Assembly: GCA_963800795.1 (NCBI GenBank)
Contig: CAWDCJ010000013.1
Coordinates: 6,916-70,915 of the forward strand
From: an uncultured Chloroflexia bacterium
GTDB taxonomy: Bacteria > Chloroflexota > Limnocylindria > Limnocylindrales > CSP1-4
Length of the DNA stretch: 64,000 nt
Reading direction: 5' to 3'
The position numbers and the translations under genes are program-made. The notes under the pieces were generated by a model. That model did not search any database, was not told the origin of the DNA, and saw only the letters and a list, made by a program, of their open reading frames with translations. Positions 10,143 to 19,906 of this stretch are shown here, in pieces. How positions within the stretch are numbered: position 1 is the first letter of the stretch; every line of letters starts with the position of its first letter.

Positions 10143-11295
10143 ATGACCGAGCAGCCGGGCCAGCGCCCGGACGAGCGCCTGCCCGTCCCGCGTGAGCCGG
10201 ACCCGGTCGTCCCGCCGGAGCCGGGTGCGGTCGTCCCGCGCGAGCCCGCGGAGGTGGATCGGTTCACCGCGCACCCGAGCGCGCACACGGCCGGGCTGAC
10301 GCCCGAACGCGCCGCGAAGATCGTCAGCCAGAGCGCCAGCGCGCGCTGGGTCGCCTTCCTGGCCGTCACGATCGTCTCCCTGTTCGTGATCGTCTACTAC
10401 TTCTACGACCTCGGCGTCCCCGGCGTCGCGAACTCCAGCCGCTTTGGCCAACGAGGTCGCCGCCCAGCAGGTCACGGCCGTGACGCAGGGGTACGCGCTG
10501 TTCGAGGCGAACTGCGCGCGCTGCCACGGCGCCCAGGGCCAGGGCGGGATCGGGCCGACCCTCAACGACCAGGCCAAGCTGCTGACCCACCTCACGCCGG
10601 GCTACCTGCAGAGCGTCCTCACGGTGGGTGGCCGCTACGTGTGCGGTGACCCGAACTCGCTGATGCCGATCTGGTCGGACCAGGGCAACCCGCCCGGGCC
10701 GTTGAACTACCGGAACCTCCAGGAGCTGATCGCGTTCATCACGGCCCCGTCCACCCTGCAGTTCCAGGGCGTCGACCCGACCACCGGCCAGACCGTCACC
10801 ATGTCCGGCTGGCGCGACCCGAGCTACGTCCTCCCGGCGGGCGCCACCCCGGTTCCAGCGTGCTGGAAGGACGCGTTCACCTCGGCCTCTTCGCCCGCGG
10901 CCAGCGCGGCCCCCAGCGCCGGGGCCAGCGGGGCGCCGAGCGCGGCCCCAGCGAGCGCGGCGCCCTCCGGCAGCCCGGCCGGCTCGCCCGGCCGCATCCG
11001 GCGGCGCCGCGGAGACGGTCCTCCAGCTGGCGGCGGCGAACATCGCCTACGACCAGACCGACCTGACCGCCCCGGCGGGGGTCCCGTTCCAGATCGCGTT
11101 CACCAACAACGACGCGGGGATCCCCCACAACGTCTCGATCCACCAGGGCTCGCCGACCGGCACGGAGGTCTTCAAGGGCACGATCTTCACGGGCGTGGCC
11201 ACCCAGACCTACGACGTGCCGGCGCTCCCCGCCGGGACGTACAGCTTCGTCTGCTCGGTCCACCCGAACATGGCGGCACGCTCACGGTCAAGTAG
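10143..11295 (+). CDS. membrane-anchored monoheme cytochrome c fused to an amicyanin-like cupredoxin domain (frame breaks near 10441, ~10990, ~11272)
   Basis: TM helix WVAFLAVTIVSLFVIVYYF. Heme box CARCH with SLMPIW. Ala/Pro/Ser linker. Then FQIAFTNNDAGIPHNVSIH..YSFVCSVHPNMAGTLTVK* (His, Cys-x2-His-x2-Met copper ligands). Confidence 0.8.
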
Positions 11296-11347
11296 CGCGG
11301 GCGCGGCCGCGGCAGGGAGGTCCCGGGGCCGCTTGCAGGGAGGGCAG

Positions 11348-12848
11348 ATGACGGAACAGGCGCTCGGTCCAGGCGGCACGGTGGTGCGCAGGCGGGCCTT
11401 CTTCGGGCTGCTCGACGCGAACGGCTGGGGCTGGGCGGGCGTCAAGGCGACCGTCTGGTTCGTTCTCATCATCATGCTGATGGCCTACCTGCCGGACCGC
11501 GCGCTCTATGCGACCGTGCAGAACACGATCGACCTCGGCGTCGCGCTCAAGGTCTTCAACCCGGCCCTCGATGTCACCCCGATCAACTTCTGCCCTGCGT
11601 CCAACGAGACCGTGCCCTGCCCCGCTCCGGCCGGGACGGTCCTGCCCTGGGAGCCCAGCCCGGTCCAGCTGGCGCTGCCGCAGGCGCGCACCGACGCGGC
11701 GATCGTGGGAGCCGGCCTCGAGACGCTGCTGGTCGGCGGCACCGATCCGACCGGGACACCGCAGGCCAGCGTCTTCGCCACCGTCATCCGGCCGGACGGC
11801 AACATCGATGCATGGAGCCAGGGCGCCCCGCTGCCGGCTCCGCGCGCCCAGGCGGCGGCGGTCTTCTTCTCGGGCACCGCGTATGTCATCGGCGGCCTCG
11901 GCGCGGACGGCCAGCCGACCGACACCGTCTTCGCCGGCACCCCGGATGTCGCGACCGGCAAGATCACGACCTGGACCGAGTCGACGGACCTGAAGCTGCC
12001 GGCTCCGCGTGCCGGCGCCTCGGTCGCCGTCGCGAGTGACGGCATCTTCCTCGTGGGTGGCACCGACGGCAAGGGTCCCGTGGACACGGTGTGGAAGTCG
12101 GCGCTGAACGCGACGACCGGCAAGCTCCAGGCATGGGCGCCCAACGCGCCGCTCACTTCGTTCGACGCCTCCGGGGCTGCCCAACCGGCGCCGCGTGTGC
12201 ACGTCGGTGGCGACGGTCCTCGGCCAGGAGCTGTTCGTGTGGGGCGGCGAGGATGCGGCGGGGCCCACGCGGACCGTGCTCCGCGGTGACATCTCGACGG
12301 ACAAGGCGACGCTGGGCCAGGTGACCCGATGGGGAACCTCGAGCACCGCCGCCCAGAACCTGCCGGCAGCCCACAAGGGCGCCTTCGGCTGGGTAGCCAA
12401 CTCGAACCTGTACTACGCCGGGGGCGCGGGCTCCAACGGCGAGATCGTGTGGGCGATCCCGGACGCGAACGGCAACATCCCGGGCTGGGTGCATCTCGCC
12501 GCGAGCGACCTGCCGTCGACGCTCGACCTGCAGGACGCTGCGCCGATCGTCTCCGGCTCGCATGTCTTCCTCGTCGGCGGGACCACGTCGTCCGGCGCGA
12601 CGACCGGGACGGCGCGCGCGAACCTCTCCCCGGCGCTCCCGTTCTTCCAGCTCGGCCTCTTCTACATCGTGGTTCCCGCGATGGGCATCCAGGGTCCGGT
12701 CGGCCAGCAGCTCTCGTACCTCGCGGCCGCCGGCGTGGCCACCGGCGACTTCGTGCTCCTGCTGCTGCTGGGGTACGCGTTCAACCACAAGGAGCGCACG
12801 CGCGCGTTCCTCCACCACCTGCGCAACCGGCGGCAGCGAACCGCCTGA
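11348..12848 (+). CDS. Kelch-repeat beta-propeller membrane protein (frame break near 12185)
   Basis: N-terminal TM (VWFVLIIMLMAYL). Repeated blade motifs LLVGGTD, AYVIGGLG, IFLVGGTDG, LFVWGGED, LYYAGGAG, VFLVGGTT. C-terminal TM pair. Merges track ORFs 11195..12289 and 12195..12848. Confidence 0.7.
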
Positions 12849-13350
12849 CTCGCGCCGCCCCGGACGGGGGTCGCGCCCCGGGGGTGTCGCGCCGCTCCCG
12901 ACGTGTCGCGCTCCTCCCGCGGGGCTGCCCGGCCCCGGCGGCCGCGCGTGTCGTCGGCGCAGGGTCCCGTGGCCTGGATTGAACGGGCTCCGCGGTCATC
13001 TCGGGCGGCCTCAGCCGTTCCGTGCCGTGCCCGGTGCGGCGAGAGCTGCTCCCCACACCGAGGAACCGTGTGCAGGCGGCTACTCCCGGGAGTGCTCGTC
13101 GCGCTGCAGCCTCGCTCGCAAGCCCGTGCGCGCTCCTCCGAGGGCGGCGGTTCGCCTGGCGGGCGAGGGAATGCCGCCGCACCTGCCGCACGCGCGGCGG
13201 GCCGCCCGGCGTCTGGCTCGGCGTTGTCACGCTCGCTTGCGCTCTGCGTAACACTGTCGCGAGTAGCGGGTCGCTTAAGGACCGCGAGGGCGGGACCCGC
13301 GAGAGGGGGACCCGCGAGGGCAGAGCCCGCGAAGAGGCGGCGCGAGGAGC
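12849..13350. repeat. non-coding region bounded by inverted arrays of short GC-rich repeats
   Basis: Left arm has four (C/G)TCGCGC(C/T) units (12849-12925). Right arm has four CCCGCGA(G/A) units (13283-13345). CTCGCGCCGCC at 12849 has its reverse complement GGCGGCGCGAG near 13339. No protein-like ORF lies between them. Confidence 0.6.
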
Positions 13351-13413
13351 TGGTCCCGCAGGAACCCGCGGCTCGGCCGCGGGCATCCCGGCGAGGATCC
13401 GGCGAGCAACCGC

Positions 13414-13800
13414 TCAGGCGGGCGGGTCGCCTTCGCCGGGGGCAAGCGGCCCGCGCCGGACCTCCAGCCCCGCGCGCTCCCAGGCGTCCATGCCCCCGGC
13501 CACGTTGTAGACCTGCGTCCAGCCGTTCCGGAGCAGGAACGACGTCACGGCGGCCGAGCGGCTGCCGGTGTGGCAGATGACGTGGATGGGCCGGTCGTGG
13601 GGCAGCTCCGAGAAGCGGAGAAGGAACGACGAGGTCGGGTAGAGGAGTGCGCCGGGCACGCGAACGGCGGCGAACTCGTGGCGTTCACGGACGTCCAGCA
13701 GGATCGGCGTCGCGACCTGGGGATGTGTCCGCTGGGGGTCCGTGTGCGCCGCGTGGGCATCGACGACGCCGAGCGTCGGGAGGGTCGCGCCGGGCTCCAT
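13414..13800 (-). CDS. rhodanese-domain sulfurtransferase
   Basis: LLDVRERHEF, active-site loop ICHTGSRS, VYNVAGGMDAW. Confidence 0.85.
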   Translation of the reverse strand: MEPGATLPTLGVVDAHAAHTDPQRTHPQVATPILLDVRERHEFAAVRVPGALLYPTSSFLLRFSELPHDRPIHVICHTGSRSAAVTSFLLRNGWTQVYNVAGGMDAWERAGLEVRRGPLAPGEGDPPA

Positions 13801-13878
13801 CAGCCATCCCTCCGGGGGAGCGGGAGGGGCGCAATCGGGAGGGGAGCGCGGTGGGACCGGCCGATGGGGCCGGCGACG

Positions 13879-14400
13879 TCATGCGACGGCGGTGCGGCTT
13901 CGGCCCTTCGCGGTGCCGTGCCAGGGCCCTGGCCGAGCTCCATGCCGGCCGGTGCCCGGCGCGACGGCGGCGATGCTGCCAGGAGCCCTTCGGAGAGCGC
14001 TGCCGGGCGCACTCGAGCAGAGGTCCTCGACGCGCTCCAGGCGGTCCTCGAGGCCGGCCAGGAGCAGGTCCAGGTCGACCCATCCGGCGGTGCCAAGTGC
14101 GCCACGGGCCCGGTCGGCAGCCGTGGCGGCGGTCTGCAGGCGCTCACGGGCTCCCCGGAGGTTCGTCCGGACGCCCAGCGCGTTTCCTCGCGCCGCGTGG
14201 ACGTAGGCGGCGGCGAGCTTGATGAGGCCGCTCAGCAGGGCACGCTCCGCGGGGTCGTCGGTCCCCATCCAGGCGGGTTCGAGCTCCTCGTGGGCGAGGT
14301 ACCAGGCCCCGCGCGCGTACGCGGCGAGCCCCCGTTCCACGGCCGCGGCACGAATCTCCGGCGGCAGTGGTCGGTAGGCTTTCGACCGACCGCGCTCCAT
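13879..14400 (-). CDS. DUF309 domain protein
   Basis: RGLAAYARGAWYLAHEELEPAWM..LLSGLIKLAAAYVHAARGN pattern. Start at MERGRS (ATG 14398-14400) inside track ORF 13879..14919. Confidence 0.65.
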   Translation of the reverse strand: MERGRSKAYRPLPPEIRAAAVERGLAAYARGAWYLAHEELEPAWMGTDDPAERALLSGLIKLAAAYVHAARGNALGVRTNLRGARERLQTAATAADRARGALGTAGWVDLDLLLAGLEDRLERVEDLCSSAPGSALRRAPGSIAAVAPGTGRHGARPGPWHGTAKGRSRTAVA

Positions 14401-14486
14401 GACGCGCCCGGAGAGCCCGGACATCGTGGTCGCAGCGCCGCTGCGGGGAGACCCTGGGTCGCCCGGCGCCCCAGGGTGCCGCGCCG

Positions 14487-14950
14487 TCACGAGAGCTCGA
14501 CGAGCGGCCGTCGGCCGCCGAACCCCGCGTTCAGGTCGTGCCAGAAGTGGATCTCGTCCTCGCCCAGCTGCCAGCAGAGCCACACCTGGCGCCCGTTGAC
14601 AAGCGCCGGGAAATCCGCCAGGCCCTGCTCGATGTCGCGCAGCTGCACGCTCCACGCCGTCCAGTCGGGCGACCGCGGCCTCCATCTGGTCGATGACGGC
14701 CCGGATCCGGGCGTCGAGGACGCGCGGAGAATCGGAGGTCGTCGTGCCCGGCTCGCCGCTCGCGGCTTCACCGAGCGCCTCGTCGACGAGCGTGCGTCCC
14801 TCTCCCGGCGCCTGGGTTCGCCTGCGTGCCGCGACCAGGCGATCCCGCAACGCGATCAACTCGAGGCGCTGCGAGCGCAGCTGCTCGAGCACCCCGAGCG
14901 ACCTCGGAGAGTCGGGCATTGGCGCGATCGATGTCGTAGAAGTCGGTCAC
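14487..14950 (-). CDS. DUF2203-like conserved protein (two frame breaks)
   Basis: The C-terminus DIEQGLADFPALVNGRQVWLCWQLGEDEIHFWHDLNAGFGGRRPL (track ORF 14487..14771) is family-typical. The N-terminus MTDFYDIDRANARL (14950) and the middle LEQLRSQRLELIALRDRL lie in other frames. Confidence 0.55.
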
Positions 14951-15061
14951 CCCCCGATCATACCGGGAGACCGCTCGAAGGCCAGTGGGGCGCAGGTCAT
15001 GCCCGGGTCCGGTTGGGCCGGCCGCCCGGCGCGGGCCGCCCGTCCGACGCCCCCGCCGCGC

Positions 15062-16492
15062 CTACCAGGTGGGAAGCAGCTGCCGGCCGAGCCAGTCCGC
15101 GGGTTCCAGGCGCGGACGGATCAGGGCAGCCCGCCCGCCGCGGATTGCCACTTCGGCCGGCACCGGATGGCTGAGGAAGAACGGCATCGACTCCGTGAAT
15201 CCGTAGGCGCCCGCGTCCAGCACCGCCACCAGGTCCCCGACAGCCGGAACCGGCAGCCGCGCATTCGCGGCGAAGATGTCCAACCCGGAGCAGAGCGGGC
15301 CGGCGACCGTGACAGGCCAGGATCGGGCCGTCCCGGCCCTGGCTCCCAGGACCCGCACGCGGTGCTCCTGCCCGACCAGCGCGGGTCGAAGCAGGTGGTG
15401 GACGCCGCCGTCGAGGATGGCGACCTCGGCCTCGCCGACGCGCTTGCGGTCGACAACCTGCGCGACATAGGCGCCGGCGGCCCCCACCAGGAAGCGGCCC
15501 GGCTCCAGGAGCACCCGGAGATCGCCCAGCCCTGGCGTGGCAGCCCAGCCCTCGGCGAGGGTCGCCAGGCGGCGGCCGAACCCGACCACGTCGAGCGACT
15601 CCTCGTGCGGCTCGTAGGGGATGCCCAGGCCGCCCCCCGCATCGACCAGGCGGAGCGGGACCGCGGCGTGGGCGGCCACCGCCCGTGCCAGCTCGACCGT
15701 CTCGCGCACGTGCGTCGCCAGGCGCCCGGCGTCGAGCACGTTGGATGCCCCGAACCGGTGCAGCCCGAGCAGCTCGAGGTGCCTCGACCGGGCGATGGAG
15801 CGCGCCGCTACCCACAGGTCGGGCTCGTCCATCCCGAACTTTCCGGCCCCGTCGTCTCCGACCAGCCGGACGCGCTCCAGGCCTTCCACTGCGCTGATCG
15901 AGGCGCGCAGCAGGACAGGGACGCGGCGACCCGCGCCGGCCGCGATCCTGTCCAGGCGGTCCAGCTCGCCCAGTGACTCGAGCGTGATCGCCCGAAGGCC
16001 GGCCGCCATGGCCTCACGGAGCTCGGCGTCGCGCTTGCCGGGACCCGTCACGACGATCCGCTGCCCGGGGATCCCCGCCTCGCGGGCGATGGCCAGCTCT
16101 CCGCCCGAGGCCACGTCCGCGCCCAGGCCAAGGCGGCCGAGGTGGGCGACGATCGCGAGGGCCGGATTCGCCTTGACCGCGTAGGCGATCTCGACGATCG
16201 GCGGCAGCGCCGCCCGCAAGGTCTGGACCTGGCGCTCGATGACGTCCAGGTCGTAGACATAGAGCGGCGTTCCGAACCGGGCCACGAGGTCGGCCGGCTC
16301 GAGGCCGCCAAGTCGGTCGCCGCGCAGGATCTCGTTGCGGGCGGGCGGCCGGCCTCGCCGCGGGGCGGTCGAACCCGGCAGCGCTCTCGAGTCGCGCGGC
16401 GTGACCGGCAATGTCTCGCTCGCCGGCCCCGCGTCCCGGCCCGCGGCAGCCTCGGGTTGGCCCCGGGAGGTGCGGAGGCCAGACGTCGTCAC
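15062..16492 (-). CDS. lysA: diaminopimelate decarboxylase
   Basis: FGTPLYVYD, AYAVKAN, ASGGEL, VDAGGGLGIPY, LLEPGR, GPLC..D, AGAYG. GTG start overlaps the dapD stop (GTGA). Confidence 0.9.
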   Translation of the reverse strand: MTTSGLRTSRGQPEAAAGRDAGPASETLPVTPRDSRALPGSTAPRRGRPPARNEILRGDRLGGLEPADLVARFGTPLYVYDLDVIERQVQTLRAALPPIVEIAYAVKANPALAIVAHLGRLGLGADVASGGELAIAREAGIPGQRIVVTGPGKRDAELREAMAAGLRAITLESLGELDRLDRIAAGAGRRVPVLLRASISAVEGLERVRLVGDDGAGKFGMDEPDLWVAARSIARSRHLELLGLHRFGASNVLDAGRLATHVRETVELARAVAAHAAVPLRLVDAGGGLGIPYEPHEESLDVVGFGRRLATLAEGWAATPGLGDLRVLLEPGRFLVGAAGAYVAQVVDRKRVGEAEVAILDGGVHHLLRPALVGQEHRVRVLGARAGTARSWPVTVAGPLCSGLDIFAANARLPVPAVGDLVAVLDAGAYGFTESMPFFLSHPVPAEVAIRGGRAALIRPRLEPADWLGRQLLPTW

Positions 16493-17350
16493 CGGAGCGC
16501 CTCCTCGAGCGCCACCCGGGCATCGGTGCGCGCGTCGCGATGCTTCACGATGAGGGCGACCAGCGTGCCCAGCCCGTGCTGCTCCGCGAACGCGCCCGGA
16601 ACCGTGCGCGTCCCCGGCACCACCACCGATCCCGGCGGGACGCGGAGCGGCTCTTCCGGCGACCCGGCGATGAGCCGTTCGCCGGGCAGGTCATAGAGGC
16701 GCGACGTGCCGGTGAGGGTGACCCCGGCCGCCAGGACCGCGCCCTGCCCCACCAGCACGCCGTCGAGCAGAAGGCAGCCCGCACCGACGAACGCGTCGTC
16801 CTCGACGATCACCGGGCCGCGCCCCGGCCGGCTCGAGGACGCCGCCCACCACGACGCCCGCGGCCAGGTGGACGCGCGCGCCGACCTGCGCGCAGGAGCC
16901 GACCAGCACGTGCGAGTCGATCATCGTGTCGGCGCCGATCCACGCGCCGACGTTGACGTAGGACGGCGGCATGACGACGACGCCCGGCTCCAGGTGCGCG
17001 CCCGCCCGGATCGCGGTTCCGCCGGGGACGACCGCCCGGACGGCCGGTCGCCACCGCGGCACGCGCGTCGGTCGAGCCGGCCAGGTCCTTGGCGGGAGGC
17101 CGACCCGATCCACGAACCCGAACGTCTCGGCGGCCGACCACGGCCGCGTGGCGCGGTCGGCGAAGCAGGGAAGGATCGCGGCTTCGCACGTCGGGCCGGA
17201 CCGCCCAGCCGTCCGGGGATGTCGGGATCCGGCACGGCGGCCCGGAGCTGGCCCGTTTCCAGGGCCGCGAGAACCTGGGCCGCGTCGGGTGAAGCCGGCC
17301 GCGGGCGGCGTATCGGTGCGGGCCGCGTCAGCCGTCGCGCGGCGGCTCAT
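16489..17350 (-). CDS. dapD: tetrahydrodipicolinate N-succinyltransferase (several frame breaks)
   Basis: [68 protein letters not shown] + [31 protein letters not shown] matches E. coli-type DapD hexapeptide repeats. Pieces lie in track ORFs 16489..16812 and 16691..18691. ATGA overlap with the dapA stop. Confidence 0.8.
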
Positions 17351-18337
17351 GCCGCACCCTCGACCGGCAGTGCCGTCTCCCGCGCCGAGCGGCCACCGGG
17401 AAGCTCCAGCAGCCCGAGCGAGCGCAGCAGGAGCGCCAGGCGCTGGCGCGCGCTGTCGTCGAGCGAGAGCAGCGGCCGCCGGACGACGTCGGAGACGAGG
17501 CCCATGAGGGCGAGCGCCGCCTTGACGGGCACCGGGTTCGGCGCGCCGCGGAAGTTCGCCAGCATGAGGGGCAGCCACCGCTCGTGGATGCGTCGCGCCC
17601 GCTCCCAATCGCCGTCCCGGGCGGCAGCGCAGAGCGCGACCATCTCGCCTGGGATCTCGTTCGAGGCGACCGAGATCACGCCGTTGCCGCCCAGCGCGAG
17701 CATCGGCAGCGTCCAGGCGTCGTCGCCCGGCAGGACCGCCACGTCGGGCGGCCGCTCGCGGCAGACCCTCGCGATCTGCTCCAGGTTGCCCGAGGCTTCC
17801 TTGATGGCCACGATCCGTGGATGCGCGGCCAGCCGCAGGAACGTGTCCGCCTCCACGTTCGTGCCCGTGCTGGCCGGCACGTTGTAGACGACGACCGGCA
17901 GGTCCCCCCTCGTCGGCGACGGCCCGGAAGTGACTCTCCAGCATCCGCTGGTCCGGCCGGTTGTAGTAGGGCGCCACCACGAGCGCCGCGTCCGCGCCCA
18001 GGTCGGCGGCTCGCCGGGTAGCGCGGATCGTCGCGTCGGTGTCATTGGTCCCGGTGCCGGCCACGATCGTGACGCGGCGATGTGGCGCGCGGGCGGCCGC
18101 GACCTCGACCGCGATCTCGATGAGCCGCTCGCGCTCCGCCTGGGCAAGGGTGGGCGCCTCGCCGGTGGTGCCGCAGGGGACCAGGCCGTCGATGCCGGAC
18201 AGGACCTGCCAGCTGACGAGGTGCCGGAAGGCGGGTTCGTCGAGCGCTCCGTCGAGCGTGAAGGGCGTGACGAGCGCGGTCAGGGCGCCGCCAAGGACCG
18301 GGTGGGTTTGGTCGGCGCTGCGGGTGATCGGTGTCAT
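17347..18337 (-). CDS. dapA: 4-hydroxy-tetrahydrodipicolinate synthase (frame break near 17905)
   Basis: N-terminal [39 protein letters not shown] in one frame. C-terminal [26 protein letters not shown] in track ORF 17347..18147. Confidence 0.85.
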
Positions 18338-18416
18338 GGAAGCGGCTCCGTTCGGATGTTCGAGAGGAGTGGCCGAATCGGCCTGGCAGGAGCAACTGCG
18401 GGCGCGGCTCATGGCG

Positions 18417-19178
18417 TCAGCTGGCGGCGTGCACCTCCGAGCGATCGTCGACGCCGAGGACGGCCTCGAATGGATGGAGACCTGCGGGCCGGGATTCGGC
18501 GACCAGCCAGTCGGCAGCCGCAACAACCCCCGACGCGCATGCGCTCCGATCACGAGCGCTGAGAGTGAGCTCGAGCGTCTCGCCCGGGCCGTCGAAGCCG
18601 ACGAGATGGCGGCCGGGGTTCGTGCCTGCCCGCACTCCGACCACCTCGAGCGCCCCGGCCTCCCCGGGGCCGTCGGTGGCTGCGGCAACACGATCGAGCG
18701 ACGGGTTCACGGCGAGGATGCGCCGGGCGAGGTCTCGGGCCGTGCCGGAAGGCCGGTCGGCCTTCGCACGCCGATGCCATTCCACCACGTACGGCTCGTA
18801 GCCCGGCAGGCCCGCCACCTGGCGCGCGGCCATCTCCACGAGCCGGGCGAAGACGAGGGCACCCGGGCTGAAGTTGGAGGCGGCGACCGCGGCCGCTCCC
18901 CGGGTGCGAAGCAGCTCGGCGACGTCGCGCCTGTCCCGATCCCACGCGGTGGTCGCAATGACGAACCGTCGGACACCTCCTCCGACCGCGGCCTGGATGT
19001 TCGCGAGGACCGCCTCGCCACGCGACGCATCGACGACCACGTCGATGCCGGCGAAGACGCCCCGTCCGTGCGCTCCGGCCAGCGGTCGCCCGACGACGTG
19101 CACGGCGACTCCGTGCGCGCTGAGGGCGTCGGACACTGCCCTCCCGAACGGGCCGTCACCCAGGATCGCTGCCTGCAT
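18417..19178 (-). CDS. dapB: 4-hydroxy-tetrahydrodipicolinate reductase
   Basis: [42 protein letters not shown]. Confidence 0.8.
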   Translation of the reverse strand: MQAAILGDGPFGRAVSDALSAHGVAVHVVGRPLAGAHGRGVFAGIDVVVDASRGEAVLANIQAAVGGGVRRFVIATTAWDRDRRDVAELLRTRGAAAVAASNFSPGALVFARLVEMAARQVAGLPGYEPYVVEWHRRAKADRPSGTARDLARRILAVNPSLDRVAAATDGPGEAGALEVVGVRAGTNPGRHLVGFDGPGETLELTLSARDRSACASGVVAAADWLVAESRPAGLHPFEAVLGVDDRSEVHAAS

Positions 19179-19250
19179 CGTGGTGTCCTCCGCGTCAAGT
19201 GGAAGTGACGCGGGGTTCCGCCGGGGAGGAGGGCCGGATCGCCGCCGGGC

Positions 19251-19289
19251 GAATCAAAAAGACCGCGGTCACCGTCGGTGTCCGCGGCC
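19251..19289 (-). terminator. intrinsic-terminator-like hairpin + U-tract in the dapB leader
   Basis: Reverse strand: GGCCGCGGACACCGACGGTGACCGCGGTC followed by TTTTTG. Two stacked stems (CCGCGG/CCGCGG and CACC/GGTG). Lies 73-110 nt upstream of the dapB ATG on the same strand. Confidence 0.5.
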
Positions 19290-19509
19290 CTCGGAGCCTC
19301 CGTTCCCTGGAGGCCCCCGGTCGTCGTCTGCGCGCGCCGTCAGAGCCCCAGGGCCCGTGCCTCCCGGCTGGGCCGCCAGAGCTTCTTCTTCGCCTCCGAC
19401 GAGAAGAGGTGCCAGCGCATTCGCGGACAGTAGCCGGATCTGCAGGCTTACGCAACCATTTCCGGCGCTGCACCCGTCAACCCCGCGGCAGGTATCGTCT
19501 ACGCCGCGT

Positions 19510-19584
19510 GGGCCCGTAGCTCAGCGGCAGAGCGAGGGACTTTTAATCCCTGCGTCGTGGGTTCGAATCCCACCGGGCTCACCA
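19510..19584 (+). tRNA. tRNA-Lys (anticodon TTT), CCA encoded
   Basis: GGGCCCGTAGCTCAGCGGCAGAGCGAGGGACTTTTAATCCCTGCGTCGTGGGTTCGAATCCCACCGGGCTCACCA. 7-bp acceptor stem, TTCGAAT T-loop, CTTTTAA anticodon loop. Confidence 0.9.
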
Positions 19585-19600
19585 CCGGGCTCACCACGAT

Positions 19601-19888
19601 TCACGCACGGACCCGACTCCGGACTCCCGGATCGCCCGTGGGGAGCGCGTCCGAGCCGGGTCCCCAGGTCTGCCCCACGACCCGGACCCGGGCGTCCGCC
19701 GCAACGACACCCGGGAGCGATGTGCCGAGCAGGCGAAGTCCGTGTGGCTCGCGGAGAGCGTCCGGCGACGGGGTGGCTCCCCGTACATGCGCGAGCGGCA
19801 CCTCGATCGTGCTCTTGAGAGCCAGCACCTTGTCCATGCCCTGTACCACGACCCGGAGGTGGCTATCGGTGATCTCCACGATCGTCAT
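19601..19888 (-). CDS. small conserved hypothetical protein
   Basis: The track ORF MTIVEITDSHLRVVVQGMDKVLALKSTIEVPLAHVRGA.. looks like a real N-terminus. The C-terminal half is low-complexity and may be frame-shifted. Confidence 0.4.
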   Translation of the reverse strand: MTIVEITDSHLRVVVQGMDKVLALKSTIEVPLAHVRGATPSPDALREPHGLRLLGTSLPGVVAADARVRVVGQTWGPGSDALPTGDPGVRSRVRA

Positions 19889-19906
19889 AACGGCTCCTCG
19901 TTCGGC

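Noticed and set aside
10003-10146. Track-frame C-terminus of the Rieske ORF ending in an ATGA overlap with the cytochrome c start
   Set aside because: The overlap is tempting, but that frame gives GGRREAHPRHEQADARS.. (non-protein-like). The +1 frame gives the conserved Rieske tail DGKLTLDTSKLTLGPLP.., so a 1-nt indel is the better explanation.
16691-18691. 666-aa minus-strand ORF spanning the dapD-dapA region
   Set aside because: It is a mosaic. It contains the true DapA N-terminus and part of DapD joined by out-of-frame Arg/Pro-rich filler. It resolves into dapD and dapA once frame breaks are allowed.
19179-19509. Calling the dapB leader a lysine (L-box) riboswitch
   Set aside because: GGAGGCG and GGGAGG segments are present, but I could not align the full conserved core by eye. 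It is reported only as a leader with a terminator-like hairpin.
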